Assembly (NCBI GenBank): GCA_041562215.1
Contig: JBFEYJ010000001.1
Coordinates: 747 to 64,746, forward strand
Reading direction: 5' to 3'
Origin: Thiohalomonadaceae bacterium
GTDB taxonomy: Bacteria > Pseudomonadota > Gammaproteobacteria > Thiohalomonadales > Thiohalomonadaceae
Length of the DNA: 64,000 nt
A model generated the notes under the pieces. It did not search any database, had not been told where the DNA came from, and saw nothing but the letters and a program-made list of their open reading frames with translations. Positions 36,354 through 45,834 of the stretch are shown one piece after another (within the stretch, counting starts at the first letter, position 1; every line of letters starts with the position of its first letter). Position numbers and translations under genes: made by a program.

Positions 36354-38483
36354 CTATCGCTTAGGCATCGCCAGGGTCTGCTCTGCCCGTTGACGCATAT
36401 TGTTCATGCGCATGCGGTACTCTTCAGTCAATAGCTGAGCATCATTGGAATTTTTCACGACCCGCGGAGTGATCAGCACAACCAGTTCGGTGCGTCGGCT
36501 TGACTCGGAAGTTTTACCGAACAGTGCCCCAAGGAGGGGAATATCGCGCAGTCCCGGAACGCCGGACTCGGCATTAGTGTTATTTTCCGTGATCAGGCCG
36601 CCGAGCATAATGGTGTCGGCATTCTGTATTGAAATCGTGCTCTGGATATTGCGCTGGCGAAAACTGCGCTGACCGGTTGCATCTTCCACCGCACCGACAT
36701 CAGTCACGTCCTGTCGGATCTCCATAGTGATGAGTCCCCCGCTATTGATCCGCGGTGTCACCTCAAGTTGCACGCCCGTATCCTTGAACTGGATAGATTC
36801 GATGATCACACCTCCCTCGGTGGTGGCGGTTTGGGATTTCACCGGAACCTGATCGCCGACCGTGATTCGTGCCGTACGATTGTCCAGCACCATCAATGAG
36901 GGGCTGGAGATCACGTTGAGTTTCGAGTCGCGAGCCAGAGCATTGAGCACTGCACTTATCACACCGCGTCCGCTGACAGTGTAGGAAAAGCCGGGGATCG
37001 CGGCGCCGATGCCGGATGAGTTATCCAGATCCAGCAACCCCTCACCAATCTTGCCTTCGTAGACGTTGTTGTTCTTGAAATACCACTCCAGGCCATAGCT
37101 GAGCTCATCGGTCAGGGTCACCTCAAGGATTGACGCCTCGATCAACACCTGCATCTCCTGCACATCGAGACGCTTGAGCGCCGACTCGATCACCAAAAAG
37201 TCCCTCGCTGAAGCCATCACCAGAATGCTGTTGTTTGACTCATCGGCAACGATACGGACCTGGCCGCCGGCAGGCAGGACCAGACTCTGGGTCGCCCCGC
37301 CGGCTGTCGGAGGCTTCTGAGCCCCCTCACTCACCGAGCTAAGTTTGACCGGGGTCATGCCCGGCGCCAGCCCCGCCGGACTCCCTCCACCACCAGAGCC
37401 TTCACTACCAAACACACTGGTCAGCACGGATGCCAGTTCGGAGGCTTTCCTGTTTTTCACCTCATAGGTATAAAGACGAATTCCCGGCTCGTCACCGACC
37501 CGGTCGAGCCGTTCGATCCAGACCCGCATCCGCTCCAGATAGCGCTGTTGGGGAGTAAGCACCAGTAGCGCATTTAGCCGATCGAGCGGCTCGATTTTGA
37601 CCATCCCAGCCGAATCGGCATTCATGTGTTCGCCAAGGATCCGCTTCAGCTCCTCGCCAATGCTCTTGGCATCGGCATACTGCAAGGGGAATACACCGAC
37701 AGAATAGCCCGCCATCCAGTCCACATCGAAGATCTCGACAGTATCGCGCCAGCCTTCAAGCTCCTGGCTGGTGCCACCGAGCACCAGCAGATTGCGGTGC
37801 TCATCGACCAGCAACAGATTTTCCTTCGGCACCATCGCTTCAAGGATCTTGAGCATCTCCTTGGCGGAAATGTAACGCAGTGGAAAAATCTGCGCACCGT
37901 AACCAGGCATCAGCGGTGCACCACGTTGGGCAATACGCGGGCTGATGCCACCGCGCATCGCGCTGGCCAGCGGAGCGACACGGTACATCGAGCCATCCCA
38001 GCTCATCGCCGCGCCGTTCATTTTCAGCAGCTCCTCCAAAATCGGCAGCAGGGCATCACGTTTTACCGGCTGGCTGGTTTTGAGACTGACGCTCCCCTTG
38101 ATGACGGGGTCGATAACGTAGTTCTCACCAAGAATATCGCCCAGAACAATCTTGACCACTTCGTTAATGGCGGTATTGTCGAAATTGAGTGTGACATCAC
38201 CCTTCACCAGCTGGGGAGCACGTCGCTCTGCGGCTTTTCGATTGATAAAACCACCACTGCCGAGGCTGATCTCCGGTTCCCGGGGCGGCACCACCTCCGC
38301 TGATTCCGGCTCCGTCTCCTGAACCTCACCGGGAGGAGTCTCGGTACGGCGAGCCTCCTCCGCGGACGAGGCAGGCATAACAGCACCTTTTGCCTCTTCA
38401 CGCGGCGGCGTGCCCGAACAGCCGGCCACCGCCAGTGACAACACCAGCCCCTGCAGGGTTAAACGGCTAACCACTCTCTCCAC
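36354..38483 (-). CDS. gspD: type II secretion secretin GspD, probably lipidated (liposecretin)
   Basis: AAGGAGA SD 5 nt before GTG 38483, giving VERVVSRLTLQGLVLSLAVAGCSG, a lipoprotein signal with lipobox. N-domains and a secretin core are present (...VISSPSLMVLDNRTARITVGDQVPV...; GVPGLRDIPLLGALFG). The ORF-track start 38549 is an extension. Confidence 0.9.
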   Translation of the reverse strand: MERVVSRLTLQGLVLSLAVAGCSGTPPREEAKGAVMPASSAEEARRTETPPGEVQETEPESAEVVPPREPEISLGSGGFINRKAAERRAPQLVKGDVTLNFDNTAINEVVKIVLGDILGENYVIDPVIKGSVSLKTSQPVKRDALLPILEELLKMNGAAMSWDGSMYRVAPLASAMRGGISPRIAQRGAPLMPGYGAQIFPLRYISAKEMLKILEAMVPKENLLLVDEHRNLLVLGGTSQELEGWRDTVEIFDVDWMAGYSVGVFPLQYADAKSIGEELKRILGEHMNADSAGMVKIEPLDRLNALLVLTPQQRYLERMRVWIERLDRVGDEPGIRLYTYEVKNRKASELASVLTSVFGSEGSGGGGSPAGLAPGMTPVKLSSVSEGAQKPPTAGGATQSLVLPAGGQVRIVADESNNSILVMASARDFLVIESALKRLDVQEMQVLIEASILEVTLTDELSYGLEWYFKNNNVYEGKIGEGLLDLDNSSGIGAAIPGFSYTVSGRGVISAVLNALARDSKLNVISSPSLMVLDNRTARITVGDQVPVKSQTATTEGGVIIESIQFKDTGVQLEVTPRINSGGLITMEIRQDVTDVGAVEDATGQRSFRQRNIQSTISIQNADTIMLGGLITENNTNAESGVPGLRDIPLLGALFGKTSESSRRTELVVLITPRVVKNSNDAQLLTEEYRMRMNNMRQRAEQTLAMPKR

Positions 38484-38589
38484 ACTGTTCTCCTTGTTAT
38501 TACCGGCACCCGCAGATCGGACCAGCCTTCGGGCCTCACACTCCCACATCTTTTGTCAGTCAGACTGGCAGGATTACAGTGAGCACAAC

Positions 38590-39129
38590 TCAGTGCTGCT
38601 TACCCCGCTCTTCATCCAGCATGATTCGCTGTTTTTCTCCGCTCTTATTAAGGCTCACGCTAACGGCCGTCATCGATTCAATCTCCCAACCTTCCACCAC
38701 ATCGCCCGGCTGCGCCTTGATAACTTCAGTGCCGCCTGGCTTGCCGAGAAGGGCATAACTTGATTGCGGTGACGTCACGACACCAATCAACACAAACGCC
38801 AACGGCTGATGGGGCGTCAACGCCTCTACCGGCGAGGCAGTCGCTAGCACACGCCTCTCGCTCCAAAACAGCGGTCGTGCCAGAAGCTCCTGATAATGAT
38901 CGAGAGAGAGGGTGCGCAGAGGGCTCCCAGGTAACTGTACGGATGGTGTTTGTATATCCGGCGCCTCATGCATGGAGACCACTTGAGGCGCGTTTTTCCA
39001 TAACCACACCATCATGATCAACAACACCAGATTTAGCAGCAGCAAGAATGAACGCATCAGTCTGCCCGTACTCGTCACCGGCACCCTGCCCGGCCAATAC
39101 ATAGGCATGACCTCCATATGGCTCCCCAC
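38590..39129 (-). CDS. small GspC/XpsN-like T2SS inner-membrane component (no PDZ)
   Basis: One N-terminal TM segment (FLLLLNLVLLIMMVWLW) and a short periplasmic beta-rich domain. It sits directly upstream of gspD, as gspC/xpsN do. The name is inferred from position and topology only. Confidence 0.5.
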   Translation of the reverse strand: MGSHMEVMPMYWPGRVPVTSTGRLMRSFLLLLNLVLLIMMVWLWKNAPQVVSMHEAPDIQTPSVQLPGSPLRTLSLDHYQELLARPLFWSERRVLATASPVEALTPHQPLAFVLIGVVTSPQSSYALLGKPGGTEVIKAQPGDVVEGWEIESMTAVSVSLNKSGEKQRIMLDEERGKQH

Positions 39130-39317
39130 ATTTTTATCTGTTAGCTATAGCTATAGTCAGAGGCAGGAAAGGTGACAAGCAGGTAAACACCCTAGTTGAT
39201 AACTGGCCGCTAGGGGCGTGTAGATTTGCCTTTTGTCGCAGGAGGGCAATCCAGCCGTGACAAAGGTGGCACCTTAAGCAAATGCGGCAGGGATACCGCT
39301 CATATATTCGGAACCTT

Positions 39318-40208
39318 TCACCGCCCCTCTCGCCAGCGAAGAAATTCATATCGCAAGGGGGCATTGGCACGAGTGGGCATAAAGCGCACCACCGCATCCA
39401 CCTGCTCGCGGACACCGTTATCGAGCCGTGCTTCAACAGCAATGCTGAAGACAGCTCCTGTGCTCCTCATTCCGCGCGCCGTTAAAACAACATACGAGTC
39501 GGCCTCAGCCCCGCCTTCACCGAGATGGTCATCATTGACCAGGCTATCACCGTCGTCTCTCAGCGCTTGTCGAAGTCGAGGCGTCGCCACCTGCATATTA
39601 ATGGCGGCATCTCCGGCATAGATCGTAAGGTTCTCGATAAGAGCGTGGTATAGCGAAGCATCGACACCGATAACCAGAGCCAATTCCTCCAGGCTCTGAA
39701 ACGGGCCATTGCGTGGACCATAATCCAGCCCGGCAACGCGGTATTCCTCCTCCTCGGCGCCGTTGAGACGACGCAGGCTGTCCCGGTCGCGCCAGTCGAG
39801 AATAGCGTCAACCAGTGCCTCGCGCCGTTCCTGTATCACACCGCTTGCCGCGAACAGCTTACCTAGCACAGTTGCCGATGCGACGTTGATGTCTACCTTG
39901 CCGCTCTCGTCAGTGATCGCAACAGAAAGATTCGCCTGATCAAAGCGCAGGGTATTAATGCTGCTATCACGGCTCATCTCGCGCGCCGGAATCGGCTTTG
40001 CCAGATCGGCGATCGCCAGTTGCAGCCCTGCCCAGGCGGCTGCCCGGGCATTGGCCGATTCAACCAGGTTACCGACGACCAGAGTCTCGGTACGCACCGT
40101 AGCACTCTGGCTCACGGCCATCAGCGCCAGCAGCGCCACCAACCACAGCACCACCACCAACGCGATGCCACCCTGATGCACTGAAGTCGATTCACGCCCC
40201 GCCCTCAT
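39318..40208 (-). CDS. gspK: type II secretion minor pseudopilin GspK
   Basis: ATG 40208 overlaps the gspJ stop (ATGA). N-terminus ...HQGGIALVVVLWLVALLALMAV, about 300 aa, in the typical GspK position after gspJ. Confidence 0.8.
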   Translation of the reverse strand: MRAGRESTSVHQGGIALVVVLWLVALLALMAVSQSATVRTETLVVGNLVESANARAAAWAGLQLAIADLAKPIPAREMSRDSSINTLRFDQANLSVAITDESGKVDINVASATVLGKLFAASGVIQERREALVDAILDWRDRDSLRRLNGAEEEEYRVAGLDYGPRNGPFQSLEELALVIGVDASLYHALIENLTIYAGDAAINMQVATPRLRQALRDDGDSLVNDDHLGEGGAEADSYVVLTARGMRSTGAVFSIAVEARLDNGVREQVDAVVRFMPTRANAPLRYEFLRWREGR

Positions 40209-40852
40209 CGCGTGGCCCCTGTTACCGGCAACACCACCACCAGCGCCGGCCAGGGTGCGCTTTGCGCCTGCAGGTGCAACGTCATGCGCACCCTTGCCGG
40301 GAGACGCTCCGGCTTGTCCCATATAGCCTGCCAGTGGGGTCCATCCGGCAAAGGTGTATCCGCAAAATAGGCGAACTCACCATTGTCCAACCCACTCACC
40401 AGCAAGGCGCTTTCCGTCATCCCCTGCCACCCGGGATCCTCACCGGGAAGCCAGGGACGATAATCAAGCCACAACGTCTTTCCCCGCTCATCAGCAACAA
40501 AACGCAAACGGTAGCGATACAACGCAACAAGACGACCGTCCTGAACCGGCGCCGGAGCAACGAATTCCAACAACTGGGGAGCGCCGGAAAACAGCAACTT
40601 TCGACTGGCCTCAAGAGGTCTTATCGCCACCACCTGATTAAGCTGCCGACGCACCACACTAGCGGCGATACGCAGTTGATCGAGTTCGCTCCCCAGCAGG
40701 TCAGTACGCTCCCAACTGCGTGAAGCAAAACGCAAAGAGGAAAAGGCGATGGTCAGCGCCATCCCCACCAGCGCCATGGCGATCATCATCTCCATCAGGG
40801 TGAAGCCACGACCGTGACGCCTGGCAGCAGAAATAGACACACAATCGATCAT
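40205..40852 (-). CDS. gspJ: type II secretion minor pseudopilin GspJ
   Basis: Prepilin cleavage/methylation motif GRGFTLMEMMIAMALVG. 4-nt overlaps on both sides. Confidence 0.8.
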   Translation of the reverse strand: MIDCVSISAARRHGRGFTLMEMMIAMALVGMALTIAFSSLRFASRSWERTDLLGSELDQLRIAASVVRRQLNQVVAIRPLEASRKLLFSGAPQLLEFVAPAPVQDGRLVALYRYRLRFVADERGKTLWLDYRPWLPGEDPGWQGMTESALLVSGLDNGEFAYFADTPLPDGPHWQAIWDKPERLPARVRMTLHLQAQSAPWPALVVVLPVTGATR

Positions 40853-41256
40853 TTCGCCTGCCCGAGAGTAAGCGTGGACAACTGCACGGAGCGCCGGCGA
40901 TTACCCTCACCCCAGTCGACCTGGACATCGATGCGATAGAGACGGGTGCGACCGGCATCCAAGCCCCCCTCCTCGTAGGGAGAGACCCGACTCTGCCAGC
41001 TAAATCCCTCAGAGATACCCTCACTGATCCCGCTTTCCAGTTGCGTCGCGTTACTGCTCCCCTGAAAGGCGGCCAGGTGCGACTCGGCCAAAGTGAGCGC
41101 TCGGGCATACTCAGCGGCAACCGCAGTGTTACGCAGTCCGCTGGCGAATAGTGAGAGAATAGTCGCCACCGCCAGCGCCAGAATGGCAAAAGCGACCAGA
41201 ACCTCCAGCAGCGAAAAGCCTTGCTGAACCTTGGCAGTGTGGCGGAAGTCATTCAT
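40849..41256 (-). CDS. gspI: type II secretion minor pseudopilin GspI
   Basis: Prepilin motif QQGFSLLEVLVAFAILA. 135 aa. Confidence 0.8.
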   Translation of the reverse strand: MNDFRHTAKVQQGFSLLEVLVAFAILALAVATILSLFASGLRNTAVAAEYARALTLAESHLAAFQGSSNATQLESGISEGISEGFSWQSRVSPYEEGGLDAGRTRLYRIDVQVDWGEGNRRRSVQLSTLTLGQAK

Positions 41257-41770
41257 GCAGAGATACCCGCCCGCTCAGCCAGTCCACATCCAGCCGGAGC
41301 TGCCGCACCTCTGCGACCAGTGTCACGCTACCGCCAGTGGCGCTGCCGTCAGCGAAGAAGGTGATCGATCCGGCGCCCCCGCCGCGCAGCTCGCTCTCGC
41401 CGGTCACCAGTTCCAACTGAAGGTCTTCCGGCAGAGCTACTGAAGGCCTGCCGTCGACACGAAACGATTGTTGCTCAAGATCCAGGGTAAAGGCGACAGG
41501 CTTTCGCCGACTCACCGCCGTACTGCGTGCATAACGCAAGGCGGCCAGCATCTCTCGCGCCACTGTGTTCAACCCGGTTGTGGAGAGGCCGCGATCAAAC
41601 AGCGGCGGCACCAGTGCTAAGAGTGCACTCATCAGCACCAACACTACCAGCAGCTCCATCAAGGTAACGCCGCGACAGCGCCATGGTTCACTCCCAGGCC
41701 AGGATGTCCGCATCTTCACCACTGCCGCCTTGTGCATTGTCCGCCCCCAGTGAAAAGAGGTCATAGACAC
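41249..41770 (-). CDS. gspH: type II secretion minor pseudopilin GspH
   Basis: Prepilin motif CRGVTLMELLVVLVLMSALL. The true start is probably one of the internal ATGs (41737 or 41713), because the listed start overlaps the gspG 3' end. Confidence 0.75.
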   Translation of the reverse strand: MSMTSFHWGRTMHKAAVVKMRTSWPGSEPWRCRGVTLMELLVVLVLMSALLALVPPLFDRGLSTTGLNTVAREMLAALRYARSTAVSRRKPVAFTLDLEQQSFRVDGRPSVALPEDLQLELVTGESELRGGGAGSITFFADGSATGGSVTLVAEVRQLRLDVDWLSGRVSLHE

Positions 41771-42128
41771 CCTCTTCTCCCGGAAAGCGGTAGTGGAAAG
41801 TGTATCCCCAAGGATCCTTAGGCACCGTACGTTTTTTCAGATAGGGACCGTTCCAGCGCGTATCGGTACCCTGCGGGGCTTCCACCAGCGCATTCAAGCC
41901 CTGCTCGACTGAGGGGTATCGCCCCACTTCCAGGCGGTACAGATCGAGCGCCCCCCCCAACTCCTGGAGCTGCAGGTAAGCGGTTTTGGTCTTGGAGGTC
42001 CCGAGATATTTCATCACCTGCGGCCCCACCAGGCCCGCCAGCAGACCGAGGATCACCAGCACCACCAGCAGCTCAATGAGAGTAAAACCATTCAACTTTT
42101 CAGTTTGTTGCCACTTTCTATTCATCAT
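41688..42128 (-). CDS. gspG: type II secretion major pseudopilin GspG
   Basis: GGGAG SD plus ATGATG at 42128, giving MMNRKWQQTEKLNGFTLIELLVVLVILGLLAGLVGP and then the conserved ...DPWGYTFHY... The ORF-track start (GTG 42239) is an extension into the repeat region. Confidence 0.9.
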   Translation of the reverse strand: MMNRKWQQTEKLNGFTLIELLVVLVILGLLAGLVGPQVMKYLGTSKTKTAYLQLQELGGALDLYRLEVGRYPSVEQGLNALVEAPQGTDTRWNGPYLKKRTVPKDPWGYTFHYRFPGEEGVYDLFSLGADNAQGGSGEDADILAWE

Positions 42129-42542
42129 CACTCCCAGATATAAATCCGTTGCGAGTGCGTCATACGCCGCCTTCGCCTGTTGTGCTGAATGTGTGTTCCT
42201 TTCTGCAGTGAAAAAACTGCGTTTATAAATGTCTGTCACTGCGAGAAACTGAGCCTGTAAGTGTCGGCCACTGCAAGAAACTGAACCTGTAAATATCTGT
42301 CATTGCGAGGAACGATAGTGACGATGCAATCTGTCTCCAACGGCCGCTTTCTATTCATCATCACTCCCAGGTATAAAATCCGTTGCAATTAGGTCATACG
42401 TCGCCATCGCAGGTTAGACTGAATGTCTGTTCCTTTCTGCAGTGCTAGAAACTGCGTCTATTAAGTATCTGTCACTGCGAGAAACTGAGCCTGTAAATAT
42501 CTGTCATTGCGAGGAGCGGTAGTGACGAAGCAATCTGTCCCC
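42114..42542. repeat. imperfect tandem duplication (~200-230 bp unit) of the gspG start codon/SD/leader region with nested ~32-nt sub-repeats
   Basis: Copy A (42114-42338) and copy B (42347-42542) both begin ctttctattcatcatcactcccag (reverse complement = SD + ATGATGAATAGAAAG). Both continue through ...ttcctttctgcagtg...ctgtcactgcgagaaactgagcctgtaa...atatctgtcattgcgagga.cg.tagtgacga.gcaatctgtc. Copy A has an extra unit, gtgtcggccactgcaagaaactgaacctgtaa. Confidence 0.85.
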
Positions 42543-42598
42543 GACAGTGACCGACATGAAATCGTTTCGCTGCCTCTTCTGGTTTCTCGCGGCTACAC

Positions 42599-43810
42599 CT
42601 ACAGCGTCAAGTCATTAATGCTCAGGATCGCCACCAGGATCGACATGATGATCCCCCCGACGATGATCCCCAGTCCAATGATCAGCATCGGCTCAAGCAA
42701 GGCCAGCATTCTCTGTACAGAGGCCCTCACCTCACGGTCATAGATATCGGCGAGACGCAGTAACATCGCGTCAAGGCTGCCGGTCTCCTCGCCTACCCGC
42801 ACCAAATGAACAGCAAGCGATGGAAAGCTTCCGCTCTCCGTCAGTCCGGCGGCCAGGGTCGTTCCGCCCTTGACTCCCTCGACAACGCTTGCAATGCGAC
42901 TCTGCAACACCTGATTGGTCAGTGTTTCACGCACGATCTGCAGTGATGCGAGCAAGGGCACGCCGTTGTGGAGCAACGTTGAGAGAGTACGCGAGAAGAT
43001 CGCCATCTGTATCTTGATCATCAATTCTCCCAGCAGCGGCCATCCCATCAGACGGATCTCCCAGCGATAGCGACTCTCTGCCTGGCCCCACTGTGCCTGC
43101 ATGAACTTTGCTCCAAGGAGCATCAGCGCAACTCCCGCCCACCAATAATCATGCAGCATCTCGGCGGCGCCACTAACGATACGCGTTGCCAGCGGCAACT
43201 CACGCCCCATATCCTCAAACAGCACCGTAAACTGAGGCACCACAACCACCATCAGCACAAGCAGTGACAGCACCGTGATTACCACCAGCAGCGCCGGATA
43301 GATAAGCGCCGTTCGCACACTCTCCTTGACCGAGTCCAGCTCCTCAGTGGATTCGGCCAGTCGCAGCAGCACGGCGCCGAGCATGCCGGATGCCTCCCCG
43401 GCACGCACCATATTGATATGAAATCGGCTGAATACGCCCTGCTCCGCTTCCATCACCTCAGAGAGGGAGCGTCCGCTACGCACCCCATCGAGCATCTGTG
43501 CCGCCACCCTGGCCTGACCCAGACCCGTAGCGATATCGCTAAACATGGAAAGAGCGCGGTCCAGCGGGATCCCCGCCTCAAGCAAGGTGCCCATGTCACG
43601 GGCAAATGCCGCCACATTGAAACCACCCCGCCGAGGCAAAGGGAGAGATAAAAAGCGCTCACGCCAGCTGCCGCCAACCGGTTCCGCGCTGATCGGCGCA
43701 TATCCCTGCTCCTTGAGCCGCTGGAGGGCATCGTTTTCGGTAAGCGCCTCGATTTCACCTTCCAGCAGGCCGCCTGCCGCGTCCACGACCTTATAGCGAA
43801 ACCGGCTCAT
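42599..43810 (-). CDS. gspF: type II secretion inner-membrane platform protein GspF
   Basis: 403 aa with duplicated GspF domains and three TM segments. Ends ...GGIIMSILVAILSINDLTL. Sits 1 nt after the gspE stop. Confidence 0.9.
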   Translation of the reverse strand: MSRFRYKVVDAAGGLLEGEIEALTENDALQRLKEQGYAPISAEPVGGSWRERFLSLPLPRRGGFNVAAFARDMGTLLEAGIPLDRALSMFSDIATGLGQARVAAQMLDGVRSGRSLSEVMEAEQGVFSRFHINMVRAGEASGMLGAVLLRLAESTEELDSVKESVRTALIYPALLVVITVLSLLVLMVVVVPQFTVLFEDMGRELPLATRIVSGAAEMLHDYWWAGVALMLLGAKFMQAQWGQAESRYRWEIRLMGWPLLGELMIKIQMAIFSRTLSTLLHNGVPLLASLQIVRETLTNQVLQSRIASVVEGVKGGTTLAAGLTESGSFPSLAVHLVRVGEETGSLDAMLLRLADIYDREVRASVQRMLALLEPMLIIGLGIIVGGIIMSILVAILSINDLTL

Positions 43811-43811
43811 A

Positions 43812-45491
43812 TCAGATCGCCCGCGTCACGCGCAACACCTCTTCCAGGCTGGTCACACCGGCCAAGGCCTTATCCAGGCCATCCTCATACATTGTGCGCA
43901 TGCCGCTTGCCCTGGCTGCCTGCTGGAACTCATGCGCTCCAGCCTGCCGGAGCACCAGCGAGCGGATCTCATCAGTCATCGGCAACAGTTCCAGTATCGC
44001 CGTGCGCCCCTTATAGCCGCTGCCCTTGCACTGCTCGCATCCGGCCGCACGATACAGCTTCACCGGCTCACCATTTTCCGGCTCAGGAAGCTGAAGCTCA
44101 CTTGCAAGGTCCGCCAACACCTCGGTACTCTCCCGACAATGAGGACAGAGCCGGCGAACCAGGCGCTGCGCCACAATGCCGATCACCGTCGAGGTCACCA
44201 GATAGCCCTCCACCCCCATGTCCAGCAGACGATTGACACTGCTCAACGCATCGTTTGTATGCAAGGTAGAGAGCACCAGGTGACCGGTCATCGCCGACTG
44301 CACTGCAATCCGCGCCGTCTCCAGATCGCGCATCTCGCCGATCATGATGACATCCGGGTCCTGGCGCACCAGCGCGCGCAGCGCACGTGCGAAGTCGAGT
44401 CCGATCTGCGGCTTGACCTGCAGTTGGTTGACCCCTTCCAACTCGTATTCGACCGGATCCTCCACGGTAAGGATCTTGCGTGTCGGCTGGTTGAGGTGGT
44501 GCAGTGCAGCATAAAGAGTGGTGGTCTTGCCACTACCGGTGGGACCGGTAACCAGAAGGATCCCGTTAGGCTGGTGCACCATCCCCATAAAGCGCTCCAA
44601 GAGCGCATCGGTAAAACCGAGCTGATGGAAATCCGGCACAGCGCCATCCTTGCGCAGCAATCTGATCACGACACTTTCCCCATGCATCGTCGGCACGGTG
44701 GAGAGGCGCAGATCGATCTCGCGACCCTGGCTGCGCAGTTGGATCCGTCCATCCTGCGGTAGGCGTCTCTCGGCAATATCCAGTTTGGCCATGATCTTGA
44801 AACGGGAGATGATCGCCGCACTCATCCGCGATGGCGGTGCCTCCATCTCCTGTAACATGCCATCGATTCGATAACGCACCTTGAGGCGGTTATCGAACGG
44901 CTCGATATGGATATCCGAGGCGCCGGCATCAATCGCCCGCTCGATCAACAGATTAACCAGGCGGATCACCGGCGCCTCACTGGCCAGGTCCTTCAGGTGT
45001 TCGATATCATCCGCTTCGCTCCGGCTCTCGGGCTGGCTGACATCGGCAACGATCTGATCCATCACAGAGCGACCACTACCGTAAAGGCGCTCAATAGCCG
45101 CCCCCAGCTCACTCGGCTGCGCCAGGCGCGGTTTGACCCGCATACCGGTTGTCATCTCCATCGCGCTGATCACATATCGGTCCAAAGGATTGGCCATTGC
45201 CAACTCCAGCTCGCCTTCACGCACGCCCAGCGGCACAGCCTTGTGGTATTTCAGAAAATTGACGGAAAAGTGATCCGGCTGCACCGGCTCAAAGGGATAC
45301 TCCTCCTGGCGCACCACAGCCATGTCCAACTGCCTGGAGACCATATCGACCACATCACTCTCAGCAACCAGGCCAAGGCGCACCAGGATCGAACCAATAG
45401 GTTCTGAACGCCCCTTCTTGAGTTCGAGTGCACGTTCAAGATCAGCCACATCGACCTTGCCGGCCGCAACGAGCGTATCGCCGATTCTCAT
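43812..45491 (-). CDS. gspE: type II secretion ATPase GspE
   Basis: Walker A GPTGSGKTTT, Asp box, Walker B (DPDVIMIGEMRD), His box (TGHLVLSTLHTN) and the tetracysteine motif CPHC...CEQC. Confidence 0.95.
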   Translation of the reverse strand: MRIGDTLVAAGKVDVADLERALELKKGRSEPIGSILVRLGLVAESDVVDMVSRQLDMAVVRQEEYPFEPVQPDHFSVNFLKYHKAVPLGVREGELELAMANPLDRYVISAMEMTTGMRVKPRLAQPSELGAAIERLYGSGRSVMDQIVADVSQPESRSEADDIEHLKDLASEAPVIRLVNLLIERAIDAGASDIHIEPFDNRLKVRYRIDGMLQEMEAPPSRMSAAIISRFKIMAKLDIAERRLPQDGRIQLRSQGREIDLRLSTVPTMHGESVVIRLLRKDGAVPDFHQLGFTDALLERFMGMVHQPNGILLVTGPTGSGKTTTLYAALHHLNQPTRKILTVEDPVEYELEGVNQLQVKPQIGLDFARALRALVRQDPDVIMIGEMRDLETARIAVQSAMTGHLVLSTLHTNDALSSVNRLLDMGVEGYLVTSTVIGIVAQRLVRRLCPHCRESTEVLADLASELQLPEPENGEPVKLYRAAGCEQCKGSGYKGRTAILELLPMTDEIRSLVLRQAGAHEFQQAARASGMRTMYEDGLDKALAGVTSLEEVLRVTRAI

Positions 45492-45834
45492 CTTCGCCCA
45501 ATCTCTGCCCGGTAGAATAAAAGACCATATTAATTATGGGTATTACTAGGCTACAGGTCACGATAGCCGTTACCTGCAAGCAGTATAGACCACCGTGCAA
45601 GTGCCATCAGGCAAGGCAGGAGAGCAAGGAAAGAGTGGGATAGACGTTACGAAACCCGCTACGGTTGGCGTGACATTCGGGTATCAAACGGACGTCGGGC
45701 AACCGGAGAGGTAATGACAACGTGTCTTTAACATGCTTGTCCGAAAGGGAGATCGTGACAGAAAAAGACAGCGTTAGGAGTCAATAGAAAATAGCATGCG
45801 GGATCAAACCAACTTGCACCCTGGGCGGGCGTTA

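Noticed and set aside
41688-42239. ORF-track N-terminal extensions of gspG (to 42239), gspD (to 38549), gspK (to 40322), exbB, exbD, the MCO at 18823 and the giant gene at 25385
   Set aside because: In each case an internal start with a good SD, a signal peptide or prepilin leader, and a clean junction with the upstream stop fits better. The extensions overlap neighbouring genes or repeats.
42236-42542. Short repeated units in the gspF-gspG gap looked superficially CRISPR-like
   Set aside because: There are only two to three imperfect copies, with no regular repeat-spacer periodicity and no cas genes. The pattern is explained by a tandem duplication of the gspG leader plus REP-like elements.
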